A program made the position numbers and the translations under genes. A stretch of 64,000 nucleotides of DNA from Saccostrea cucullata. Its lineage: Eukaryota. Shown here piece after piece: positions 24,274 to 35,386 of this stretch. The stretch lies in the NCBI RefSeq assembly GCF_032062105.1, contig NW_026929709.1, forward strand, positions 62,001 through 126,000. The letters are read 5' to 3'. Each line of letters begins with the position of its first letter. The first letter of the stretch is position 1. The notes below the pieces were generated by a model. It saw nothing but the letters and a program-made list of their open reading frames with translations. It made no database searches and was not told where the DNA came from.

Positions 24274-25521
24274 ATGGATGAAAATCATTTAAATCAACTC
24301 TCCCTTTTTGAATCACCTCCCGTCGATACGACCATTCAAACGAGAGAATGGGTGGAATTTAGACCTATCAATCAAATATCAGAGTACTCTGCTTTGGAAT
24401 TTAACATACCACCACTCTCTACGGGTTACATGGATCTTAGAAATAGTCGGTTAAAAGTCAAATTGAGAATACTGAATTCCTTGAACAATCCTATCACGAA
24501 AGAAGATGCTGTGGGTTTGGTGAATCTACCTTTACACACCATATTTGCTCAGGTAGACACCAGTCTACAGCAAACCCCTGTATCTCAGTTGGGCACAAAC
24601 TATCCTTACAAGGCCTACATCGATACTCTGTTGACTACCTCCGCTGACAACTACGGAGTGCGATACTCTCAACTTTTTATTAAGGACTCCAACAATCCCG
24701 ACGATGCCGATCCTATCAAGGGCCTGAATTCAGGATTGTACCTACGTTATGTATTTACTCAAGAAGGCAAAATACTAGATTTGGAAGGCCCCCTGCAGAT
24801 TGACCTCTTCCAGCAGGAACGTTTAATTTTAAACGGAGTATCACTTTCGCTAAAATTGTGGCCCAGTAAAGATGCCTTTAAACTGATGTCAGTGTCTGGT
24901 TTAGATTACAAAGTTCAGATTGTCGATGCGAGTTTTAAGCTATGTATCCAGAGACCGAATCCTGCCCTGACCATGGCCCATGTCAAAATGCTAGAAAAGT
25001 CTCCTGCAATATATCCTTACGTATTTTCTAATCTGAAAATAGCTTCCATCGCTAAAGGAGAATTCGGTTTTACCATGGACGACGTATTTCAGGGAGAAAT
25101 TCCCTCCACCCTCATTCTGGGACTGGTTTCTAGCAGTGCCTTTAGTGGAAGTTATAAGAAGTCACCCTTTAACTTTCAACATTTTGATTGTAATTTTGTA
25201 GCTTTCTACGTGGACGGACAGTCTTTTCCCGCCAAACCTTTACAACCCAACTATAATGCCGATACTTACTTGGAAGCTTACCAAACCTTAGTTTCGGGTA
25301 GAGAAAACGTTTATGTTGAACGTGAAGAATACCCAAAAGGCAATGCCCTTTACGTATTGGACATCAATCCCTACATAGATTTTAACACAAGAAGAAAAGG
25401 GCATTGTCGCCTAGAACTCAAATTCGCATTTCCATTACCAGAGAGCGTAACATTAATTTTATATGGAAAGTTTCCACAAGTTCTCCACATCGACCAATCT
25501 CGAAGCATCATATTCAAATGA
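24274..25521 (+). CDS. Major capsid protein (double jelly-roll)
   Basis: LSLFESPPVDTTI, LEFNIP, YPYKAYIDTLL, LILNGV and SPFNFQHFD motifs; 415 aa. Confidence 0.93.
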   Translation: MDENHLNQLSLFESPPVDTTIQTREWVEFRPINQISEYSALEFNIPPLSTGYMDLRNSRLKVKLRILNSLNNPITKEDAVGLVNLPLHTIFAQVDTSLQQTPVSQLGTNYPYKAYIDTLLTTSADNYGVRYSQLFIKDSNNPDDADPIKGLNSGLYLRYVFTQEGKILDLEGPLQIDLFQQERLILNGVSLSLKLWPSKDAFKLMSVSGLDYKVQIVDASFKLCIQRPNPALTMAHVKMLEKSPAIYPYVFSNLKIASIAKGEFGFTMDDVFQGEIPSTLILGLVSSSAFSGSYKKSPFNFQHFDCNFVAFYVDGQSFPAKPLQPNYNADTYLEAYQTLVSGRENVYVEREEYPKGNALYVLDINPYIDFNTRRKGHCRLELKFAFPLPESVTLILYGKFPQVLHIDQSRSIIFK

Positions 25522-25886
25522 ATAACTTTGAATTGAAATCTTATTTGTCGAGATATGACAGTTGCGGAGGAAGAGGAAAGCATTGGGTCGCTATCCATTT
25601 TCCTTTAAGAGGCCCAGCAGATTTTTTTGATTCTCTAGGAAACTCTCCGGAATTTTACAACACCAGATTCAGATACATTTTGACAATTAATGGCCCTAAA
25701 TATCAATACTCCAATTCTAGAATCCAATCAGAAACGTCTAGTGTGTGTGGACATTATTGTATTTATTTCATTGCTAAAAGAAATGTGGGATTTTCTATGA
25801 AAAATATTATGCATGATTTTAGTGTATCACATTTGCATGAAAACGACCGTTTGGTCTCTGACTATGTAAAACAATTACATCAATAA
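25518..25886 (+). CDS. Adenain-like cysteine protease, apparently internally shortened
   Basis: The ATG overlaps the MCP stop (ATGA). Catalytic motifs GKHWVA, FFDSLG and RIQ...SSVCGHYC. Confidence 0.85.
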   Translation: MNNFELKSYLSRYDSCGGRGKHWVAIHFPLRGPADFFDSLGNSPEFYNTRFRYILTINGPKYQYSNSRIQSETSSVCGHYCIYFIAKRNVGFSMKNIMHDFSVSHLHENDRLVSDYVKQLHQ

Positions 25887-26257
25887 AATTATACGAACAA
25901 TTTTCCTTTTACGTTGATTTTTTAATTTGAAAATAATACTAGGTATTTAATATGTTAATAAAAATGAAACATGAATAGAATTATTTTGTGTCTTAATTGC
26001 TGCTAACAGAAACCTTCAAGTTGAGTTCATACTAAGTAACTATTTCGGGAAAAAAACACAGAGTTGACTAAAAATTATTAGTAATTATCATTTAATGAAA
26101 TTCACATACGAAATTGGGTTATTTCTTTAGAATAATCTTCTACAATAGAGTGTTACTTGTAAATCCAGACGAATAAATAACAAAAGAATGAAAAATTATA
26201 TATAATTCTTTATTAGTATGCAGCATTGGTGATTAATAATAGAACAGTGAATATGGT

Positions 26258-26617
26258 TTAAAATTGAATCCAAGTTTTATTAAGTCTGTATCGAGAATAA
26301 GGTTTCTTTGCGGATTTCAAAATCTTTTTTGCGATTTTTAAAGTCTTTTGGAGTGCTGGCTGTATTTTCATTAAAGGCTCAGGAGATGTACGCAAAAAAT
26401 CCTCTATAGTTTCAGAATCCACCAAATTCTCAGTCTGTGAGCTTTGGTTGTTTGTCTCCTGTTGTAACTCATCAGGTTTAGTCATATCTTCAGGTTTGTT
26501 TTTGGGTGTTTCTGTAGAATTTTGTTTAAAAACTTCCTGATGCGACTCTTGGAGAGACAACAGACGTTGGTATTTGTCGTATGGTACCAAAACAGATTTT
26601 TGCATTACGTCCACCAT
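26258..26617 (-). CDS. Uncharacterised Polinton protein
   Basis: 119-aa ORF in the convergent gene block; N-terminal KSVLVPYDKYQRL. Confidence 0.65.
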   Translation of the reverse strand: MVDVMQKSVLVPYDKYQRLLSLQESHQEVFKQNSTETPKNKPEDMTKPDELQQETNNQSSQTENLVDSETIEDFLRTSPEPLMKIQPALQKTLKIAKKILKSAKKPYSRYRLNKTWIQF

Positions 26618-26928
26618 CTTCTTAGGAAAGGTTTTACAATTTTTAGAAAAACGGGAACGATCCGATGTTTTCTTTTTAAGAGAAGTAACTTGCTTTTTCG
26701 CGACGCCGTCTTATCCCCCAAAACTAGAAGAAATAATTTGTGCTTTTTAAGTATATTTTTCTCACTTTGGTTAAGTACAATAACACTATGTATGACGTTC
26801 GCAGCTATTTCTCCCAACACTTGTAATTGTGGTTTCGTCACAGAACTCAGTAACAACTTTCTTTGTGCGGGGGATGTTTGTAGTAAAAGTTCTAAAAAGG
26901 ATTTCTGGTCTCTAACCAAGGAACTCAT
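26605..26928 (-). CDS. Small basic helical Polinton protein, paralog of 23087-23431
   Basis: QKSFLELLLQTSPAQRKLLL...QLQVLGEIAANVI...LKKHK pattern; sits next to the ATPase. Confidence 0.75.
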   Translation of the reverse strand: MSSLVRDQKSFLELLLQTSPAQRKLLLSSVTKPQLQVLGEIAANVIHSVIVLNQSEKNILKKHKLFLLVLGDKTASRKSKLLLLKRKHRIVPVFLKIVKPFLRRWWT

Positions 26929-26955
26929 TTTAAAGATAAACTTGAAAGGGCATTC

Positions 26956-27603
26956 TTATAAACTGGTGTAAACTACGGGTTCTTCCTCCGGAAATATGTT
27001 GGTTCGGAGTCTATATTTGTCGTTGCCTTGTGGTGACGTATCAACTACGAGGTACCCAAAAGCTTGTTTAGTTGCATCAGTGTATGCTTCTATTAATACT
27101 TTAGAGCGTCCTGGGTATAGTTGTCGGCCTAGCATAGATATCTGCGAGGCGTTTCTCATGTTTTTCATGAGTACTAAATAATAGGTATTTAAGGCTAGGG
27201 TTCGAGATTTAGAGCCTCTTGGAAAAATATTTTGGGTTATGAAAATGACGCTGAGACGTCGGTGATGACAGCCCTGTGTAAACAAAAGTTCCATGTCTAC
27301 ATCCTGTACGACTCTATGCATTAAATCATCTAACACTATTAATGTATGCTGGCGATCGGAAGTCAAATCTTGAATTGTTTCATTAGAAGGTATCCCGTGA
27401 TGTAATTTCAAGTTAGAAATATGTTGCTCTATTTCGTCAAATAAAGGCTGATGAATTCCGCAACAATATAAAATTCTTTTGGGAGGTTCCTTAACATACA
27501 TTTCATCTAATTGAGTCAGTAACCGATATACAAATCTTGTTTTTCCGCTTCCTGTTTGCCCGCTAATACACATGCTCGAACAAGGTTGAAAAGGAATACT
27601 CAT
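26956..27603 (-). CDS. A32/FtsK-like genome packaging ATPase
   Basis: Walker A GQTGSGKT, Walker B LIVLDD, HHRRLSVIFITQN, and RLRTNIF. Confidence 0.95.
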   Translation of the reverse strand: MSIPFQPCSSMCISGQTGSGKTRFVYRLLTQLDEMYVKEPPKRILYCCGIHQPLFDEIEQHISNLKLHHGIPSNETIQDLTSDRQHTLIVLDDLMHRVVQDVDMELLFTQGCHHRRLSVIFITQNIFPRGSKSRTLALNTYYLVLMKNMRNASQISMLGRQLYPGRSKVLIEAYTDATKQAFGYLVVDTSPQGNDKYRLRTNIFPEEEPVVYTSL

Positions 27604-27644
27604 CTTGATTATTCTTCTAATCCCTCTGCGATAGAGCAGGGTTC

Positions 27645-27875
27645 TTATATCTTATCAGCCTTTAAAGACGGGTTGGGTAAGACATAACCTATGGCACTAC
27701 TCAGCAAAGATATCCATAATTCAGAGGAGCCGTTTTTTAATGACAGATTAACTATAGAAGTGATTATGATGATATATACCACTGTCATTTGACAGAAATA
27801 TACTATTTCCGATTTCGGGAGTTTACTCCCTAGAAACCTCCAAGATTCTGTTGAAGTGCTATTAGGTCTTTCCAT
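27645..27875 (-). CDS. Small two-helix membrane protein
   Basis: 76 aa with two hydrophobic segments and GYVLPNP. Has an upstream TATAAGAA like its neighbours. Confidence 0.7.
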   Translation of the reverse strand: MERPNSTSTESWRFLGSKLPKSEIVYFCQMTVVYIIIITSIVNLSLKNGSSELWISLLSSAIGYVLPNPSLKADKI

Positions 27876-28352
27876 AATTAAAAAAAAACAACACCATTAC
27901 ATTAATGCTTCTTATAAACTCTTACTGAATAATATAAAAGATGACTTATAAACTACAAAAACACGACAATACAAAATCTGTTTGTCAACATTTATTTTTA
28001 TATGATTATGTATATGTAAATAACAACTATAGGATGTAACATATGTTCTCATAAATCTATATACAATATGTACAATGTATTTGGTCTATGCCTGACTCAC
28101 GCCTGATGAAAGAAGGGCACAATTTTATAAACAATATTGAGAGCAACTTTTAATTATATACAACAAGTAACGCTATATACTTTTAATAATAGAATGATAT
28201 ATCTATGAGTAATTTGAAAAAAAAAATTAAAAAAAAAATTAACAAAATAATAAACAACAATAAAACCTATTAATGAAGTCCTCCCTATACCATTGCCTAA
28301 AACTTCAAATTTATTCACTCATGTTTGATAGTTAATTGTATATCGACTTCTA

Positions 28353-31300
28353 TTATTCGACTTCTTCTAGAAGATGAATAAGATTTAAATCGAAGTCGTC
28401 AATTTCGATATCATCGATCTTTTTAGGTTTTAAGGGACACAGTTCTATATCTAATGGTTTTGTAATCACACCGTCAGCTAGTACTTTTCTTTTACAGTAA
28501 AAGTAGGAAAAACCATTCCTCACTTGACGATAAGTGCAGATTTTGTTATTGTGAAGTTTAAAACCCATATTTATCCCAAAAGCTTGTTTTTGAGTCTTTA
28601 AAACATTTCTAAAAGTGGTTAGGGGTGCTTTTACTCTTTTCTTGGAAACACCTTTGCATGAAAATTTACAATGGGTGATATCTCTTTGTTTGATATTTTT
28701 CCGCCTGTTCACTGATTTACATTTCTTAGCTCGTTTAAGTAAGCGCCCAGCCGTTATCACGGCGCTTGAAAGCGACACTTGCTTTCGAGCTGAAACGATA
28801 TAAGTCTTGGAACAAAGACCAATGATCTCGTCCCCTTCATATTCAATTTTAAAGAGACCAGGCGTTCTACGATCGTACTTTGCGTGTTCCTTACAGAAAG
28901 TGCGAGGAAACCAATGTCGGTCGCAGTCCGCCTCGATCTCTAGGGTGCTTGTACAATATCCGTTGAGACCGTGATCGTAAAGCTGTCGTAGTTCAGGTTT
29001 AATCACGGACTCAAAGGTGGAACCCGATATCGCCATGTAGGCAGAGTCGGTGTCCATCTCGCAGTATTCAAAGTCTGCACGGTCTACAAATCTATCCATG
29101 AAATCATAGTAGAATTGCAACATGTGCAGTTTTGCATACTGCAAGATGAAGTAACCGATCTGAATGGGCAAGTTCAAATTCAATTTCTTTTTACTTCTTT
29201 CTATTTCATACAATTCCTCGTCTTCTATCAAAGTTGTTAATTTTTTAAAGTGAGGCTCATTTATTTCCATCATGGCATTCCCTTCTCCTCTAACATATTT
29301 GACGACCTGAAATTTTTCTTGATCCATGATGGTGGATCCAAAAGCACTATTACCTTCTAATTTTCGCGTGTCTGCGATAATTGCTTTAGAAGGATCTACG
29401 TCACCTTCACGCCTAGCATTACTGACATCGCTTACGAATGATCGAAAACATCGTTGTGGCGTGAATTCCACGGTTTGATAAATTTTTGTGATTTCCAGAC
29501 CATGACTTATATACCACTTCAGTAATGGAGTAGCAATTAATAATTGGCGTGCGCGCATTCCCCCGACTAGTAATCGCCTAGGTTTTGTAGAAAGGTGAAA
29601 GCGCTTTACATGATTTTGCATGTGATGACCTATCACGTCAAAGGGAATGTCGGTGGTACAAAAGAGGGGACTCATTTCTGAAAAAAACTCATAAGGGGTC
29701 ATAGTGGGGTGGCTGAAGTGAGCAGGCCAGGTATCCGGTACGCGAATGTCGCACTCGACCATGCCAAACAACTTATTACTCATCACGGCAACTATTACGT
29801 CTTCCGAAGACAAAGAACCTTGACTCATATTAGGTTTACGCGAATTTGAGAATTTTTTCAATTTCAAATTAGACCGAACGTTATTTCGGAAAGTGCATTC
29901 GCGCATTTCTACTACTTTATAACCTTTCCTTTGAAGATAAAGTGTTGTTTTGCGAGTTTTCTTTTCGCGACCATTCATCAGCTTGTCGTCTTGAACATGA
30001 CGCGTTAACCAACAACGGTGGCCGTGCCAGTAGCAGCCTTGAAACTGAAACACAGTGTTGGAAGCTTCATCATAACCGTCGACCGGAAAGCGACCTATTT
30101 TCTTTTCCTTTCCGGAATTCAATTTGTGTGTAATCTTGTACTGACCACTGTGGTTCAGCCACTCTAACCAATCATAAGCTAGAGAGTATCGATCGCGTTT
30201 CTGTGGTTTAAATCCGTCGTCTACCTTACGGCGCACAAAAGAACCCACGGGCATTTCTTTCCCTATACAGTGTAGATACAGGGCATTAGCATCGAAGCCA
30301 ATAATCTTACCACAAGGTTTCTGGGAATTCCCTCGAATATAAGTTTTTCCAACCTCGTGATGGCGATTAAATATGATACTCGGTCCGCCAATAATGTTTT
30401 GCTTAATGGTATCATACAAGTCTTCGTTGGCTTGATCGATCAATGCAAAACTGGCCCCCTCTTTTCTCCCACTGTCAAACAACATTCGGCGCGCTAGACC
30501 GGGAACCGAAATACTACATTTGAAAATATCAATTTGACGTTCGAAATAGTACTTCTGTAGATTTGTCACAGCCTGCACGAAAGGTTTGACGTCGAGGTTG
30601 TTATACCACACCAGAAAATCGCGAAATGATGTCATATTTTTTTCCTCCCACACTTTTTGACAAAAGGCGTATTCTTCGTTTGTAATATTTGAATCTTTCA
30701 AAGACGAATAAAAAGCTTCATGTGGAGGAAGTTCGGGGTGATTTAATTTTTCAACAGAGTCTAGAAATTGGTAGGGAAAAAACCCTTTACATTCTTGTAC
30801 ATCGAAAGCACGCAAGAACCCTGAATAATTGATGCCGGGACTCAGATACTGTGTAATATCTAAAAATTTAAACCTACGAGTACTTATGCAGGCATAAGCA
30901 TTATTTCGCTTGACGGTGAATGTGCCATTTGTCGAACCTAGCTCAAGATGTTTGATGAGATAACTTTTGATCAAATTGATGTCGTATTTGGCGGAATTGA
31001 AACCGATACAAATGATCTGTTCGCAATATTCTTCCATTTCCACCTTCAACTTTTCTATGCTTTTCTTTTCATCTTCAATCATTTTATTGACATCGTCTTC
31101 GTGTTCGAGGTACTCGGCCATGTCCTCGTCTACATTGTCGAAAACAAGGTCACTGAGAGCCTCGAACACGTAGGCAAATTTTTCTTTTGCTAGTTCAGCA
31201 GCCCTATTAGCAATCATTGTCATGCACTGAACCATGTTCTTGACCAGAGTGTTGATATCTGGTTCAATGATACAATGTGGTTTTGTGTACTCATCTACGT

Positions 31301-34244
31301 TAGAACAGATGCTAACAGAGATAGGTACGTGATTTTCTGTGTATTGCTGAGAATCAGAACTTTCTGTATACATTGGAACCAGCATAGACTCAAAGTCATA
31401 CACTAAGAACCACTCGTATATTCTTTCTTTTTCGGGAACGCTTATACCGAATTGATCCAATTTATCAAACACGGTATTTGGAGAATAATGAAACCCTCCC
31501 TGAAATCTTCTCTTTGTTTTTCCCGAACAAACACGCTGATGTCGTTTCATATTTTTGAGATGATTGAAATGACGACGACATGTTTTGCACTGAAATTTTT
31601 TGGCATAAGCATTAAAATTCGAGATGTAAGACAGATGGTGCTCGTAAAGATTTAAATAAATGGTGTCCGAAAATTTACACATGGATTTGTAGATAGACTG
31701 TGCTGATTGACTTTCATTCAATGAGAAGACATTAACATTGATTTTGAAGCATTTTTCAATATAAGCAATTTCGTTCAAAGTGATACCCGGGAATGTTTTA
31801 GGATTTGAATCCACTTCTCTTTGGTGAGCATTTTGAAATGACACCCATTGTTGAAATAAAATAAGTGTACGAGATTCTAAGCCCGAAGGATAGTACCCTT
31901 GATGAACCGCTAAACAGCGGAACGCACACAAATTATCTGTATATATTTGACCTTTCCGGTCCTTTGTCAGCTTGATAATAGATTTTGATTGACTAATGTG
32001 AGGAGGTAACATGACTTCCTCATTTCCCAAAACAAAATTCAAATGGTATATGACAATGCGAACATTGGTTATTAAATAGGGTTTCCATTTTGTGTCGGGT
32101 CGTTGGCGTAATATGTAATTCGTAATATTAAGTCGTTGCATTCGCTGCTGCAGTCGATTTAAGTGATTGCGCTGTGACACGTAAATGGGTCTTTGAAAAA
32201 CTTCATGGTTATGATGGGGTTTAAAATATCTATATTCTCTTGTTTCTGTATTAACTAATATGAGACCAAATTCTAGATTCAATCTGAAAGCTCTATTTTG
32301 TCGATCATAAATTTCGTTGGCTGCTTGCATTATTTCCCCTACAGAAAACTGATTATCTATTGGAAAATTATAAATACTACAAACAGTCCCCTCTTGATGA
32401 CGCCGTAATATAATTGGGGCATTACTTTCATATACTTCTTTCAGGCTTTGATCAACTATTCCACCTTCTTTCCAAGGAGGGGATCCATTTCCCCATGGTC
32501 TGGCTTGTAATCCTCCCTCTCCCACTTGAAAATGTTCATTCATCTGATGAACAAAGAGATTACGACGCGAATCAAATCTGAGATGACAAGTTCTACATGT
32601 GTATCGTTCAATGGGCACCTGAAATACAAGCAAAAAAAAACTTTTATTTTTTTTTATTTTTAGATAAAAAGTTAGAAAATGAAAGAAAACTACTCAATCA
32701 TTATTGAAATAATTTTTGTAATGAAATAAGCACTTTTGATTATCAGTGAATCTTTGAATAGGTCCGATTTCATTTAATTCTTTTGTAATAAAAATAATCA
32801 TTTAAAAATTCTCTGTAAATAATTCATGTTAATAGGTATACCTCATTCTGCATTTCATCATATCTGTTACTAGGTCCCAGAATATCTTGATAATTCTGTT
32901 AAAAATATCAAATGAATGCTCTAAATTTCGATTAACTTCGAATGGAAAAAAATTATCATAAATGATTTCTTCGTGTATAAACATAAAGAATTATTTAAAA
33001 TCGCTTTCTTAAATTACTTAAATAACATGTTTTTATTAATAAATATCTCATGTTGCTTTTCATCAGATCTGTAACTAGCTGCTGGAATATCTTGATTATT
33101 CTGTTTTTTAAAAAACCCAATGAATACTGTAAATTTCGATTGGTTTCGAAAAGATATCATAATTTGTTTTCTTCTTAAAGAAGTATAAAGGATTATTTAA
33201 AATTGTTTTCTCTAATTTCAAATAGAAGGATATTTTAACCTAGTAAATACCTCATGTTGAATTTCATCAGATTTATAACTAGGTCCTGGAATATCTTGAT
33301 ATTTCTGTTAAACAAAAAAAATTACATCAATAGAATTTACTTTGGAAAATAAAAGCGGGTGAGGATATAATTAAAATTTTAGATGTACCTGTTTAAGAAT
33401 ATTGTGTTTACTTCAATTTTTCTCCGATCGTTTGTCTGATTCCATTTACTGGTAAATTGATTATATTTATTCTTAAATATATAAAAGTTATATTAGTAAA
33501 AAAATATTTTACTTTTCTAAATTATTTATTTATAGAACTTAAAGTCACAATTGTCAGATTGTTCTTGACACTTGTCAAAATGTCTGAGTTTCTCTCTCGT
33601 TGTTTTGTCATTATTGCTTCCTTTTTTGAAGTACGGTATTACTAGATTTAAAGTCGATTAAAAGTAATTTTTTCTCTGATTGTAAAAGAAAAAAGAACAA
33701 CAAAATAAAGAGGGTAATATGCCTTTTTCAAATGAATAAAATAATTATCTTGATTTTAATGTCTAAAAGCAAGAAACATAAAATATTCTTTGCAAGTTTA
33801 GAAGTACCACATTTATTAAATATGAAGCTATTATTTGGAGAACCCCGTATTTATTTAGTCAAGACCCAAATGAGTGCAAGATCACACTTACGTGTTTTAA
33901 TTTTCGTAAATAATTCTTACCTTGCATCTGGCTATATGTTGCTGATGAGCCTTTTCACACAAGTATTCTTTTTTGCACCTTTCACATTTCAACAACTTAT
34001 CCCTGTGTTCTTTAAGTATATGGATACGCCGTTGAATGGAAGTTTTGAAACATTTCGCGCAATGGGAACACGTTTTACTCTTCTCACATGTCTTCAAATG
34101 ACGTTCGAAATTGTCTTTCCGATTTATTTCTTTTCCACAAAAATTACATTTCAATTTCACTTTGTTTAAATGTATGTCCAAATGGCGTTTTCTTGCGAAT
34201 TCACTACTAAATTTTTTGTTGCAGTGAGGACAAGGATGCTCCAT
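28353..34244 (-). CDS. polB: Spliced protein-primed family B DNA polymerase with N-terminal C2H2 fingers; exons 34244-33921, optional 54-nt microexons, and 32618-28353
   Basis: Exo motifs YDFES, FNSAKYD, YNNLDV; polymerase motifs DANALY, KLEGNSAFG, MDTDS; Vsr-like insert VDGY...QFQGCYWHGH. The long ORF has no ATG but starts at a polypyrimidine-CAG acceptor (32618). The upstream four-finger ORF ends in a phase-0 AAG|GTAAGA donor. Confidence 0.9.
32842..33304 (-). repeat. Three ~205-bp tandem units, each holding a 54-nt exon-like core
   Basis: Cores at 33304-33251, 33100-33047 and 32895-32842, each preceded by ACAG. Confidence 0.85.
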
Positions 34245-34907
34245 CGCTAAAATTTGTCGATAACATTTGTTTTCCGAATTAGTTCAAACATATTTTAACG
34301 TTCGTTATATATATAACAAAATGAATTCCGTATCACTAGTTTCTCTTCTTATGTGTTTCTGTTCAATTAATAATTTAAATTTCATGTATATATCGTTATT
34401 AACGGAAACTGACGACTAACTGATCCTTGTTTGTGTAATACGTTATAATGCAGTACCGGAATAGCTTTATTTCGGAAAATAACAACGGATATGAGTAAAG
34501 GAAATTTATTTGTAAATACAAATCCTTAAACAAATTTTGAATAATTTTTTTTTAATTTGACTAAATTGTGAATCAAATCAATTTTTTTTCTTTGTCCAGT
34601 TGCATTTGTTTGTATTTATTGCTCTCCAATCATGTTAATAATCTCGGTGGTGGTGGTCGTAGTGTTCTTTCTCCACCGATCTTCCTAGATTATTTGAATT
34701 TTACTTTTATAAATAAATATAATTCGTCAATTTTTGTGTCTCTCATGATGGCAGAATTGAATATTGTTTAGTATTAGTTTATATCTCTCCAATTCCAATT
34801 TCTCCGTATCTCTTTATTTGAATATTTCTTCTCTAAAATTTATTAAATGACTAGTTTTTAAGCAAATAGAGGTTTCACTTAATACATGTTTATCATCTTT
34901 TAAGGCC

Positions 34908-35386
34908 TGGTTATAGACTTGTATCTTGACTCAAAATTAGGCCTCATATAGTTAAAATGTTTCGTTTCATTTGTATGTACAGGACATTCACGAAACCGTT
35001 CTTATCAAACCTACTTTTATGAATCAAAGCAATAAATATACGTCTCATTTCAATAATAGACACAGTTTAGGATCTTAATACACTATTGACATATTGTTAT
35101 GTCTATGAGATGTATGTCTCTCAGACTTCAATAAAACTGAACTGAACTGACATAGTAAGCTTCAACTCGTCATAACATTTAAAGAAATACAATATATTCA
35201 TAGGACTTAACGTTTGTGTATAAGGTAATCATAAGTAAAAAATCATCCGGGTTTGCTTCCCTATAGTTACATATAGTCATTATTAGCATCCGGATTTACT
35301 TTATACTTCCACCTTTAAAGCCCACCTCTCCACCTCAAATCAGTTTGCACCTCAAAGTAGCATAAAAAGTCTCACTCTATACTACT
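34908..35386 (-). repeat. Polinton right TIR
   Basis: Inverted match to 19194-19585, with an extra insertion at 35094-35147. Confidence 0.9.
35094..35147 (+). mobile_element. 54-bp retroposon 3' tail inserted in the right TIR
   Basis: Absent from the left TIR. Flanked by a TGACATA duplication (35087-35093, 35148-35154). Contains a stem-loop, AATAAA and an (ACTGA)n tail. Confidence 0.8.

Larger units (their letters stand above)
19194..35386. mobile_element. Complete Polinton/Maverick (adintovirus-like) endogenous virus, 16,193 bp
   Basis: Termini AGTAGTATAGAGTG...CACTCTATACTACT. 6-bp TSD TTTAGT at 19188-19193 and 35387-35392. Encodes pPolB, integrase, ATPase, MCP, penton and protease. Confidence 0.97.

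Noticed and set aside
25153-25160. Ninth TATAAGAA, inside the MCP ORF
   Set aside because: It is 365 bp from the protease ATG and encodes YKK, so it may be coincidental. Not counted among the eight promoter-position hits.
33389-33448. Possible extra 60-nt polB exon (AG...GT on the minus strand)
   Set aside because: It begins with TAA in phase 0, so it does not fit the phase-0 exon chain.
33732-34169. 145-aa plus-strand ORF
   Set aside because: Antisense shadow of the zinc-finger exon. The same applies to the many short ORFs overlapping polB, gag, pol and the LINE ORFs.
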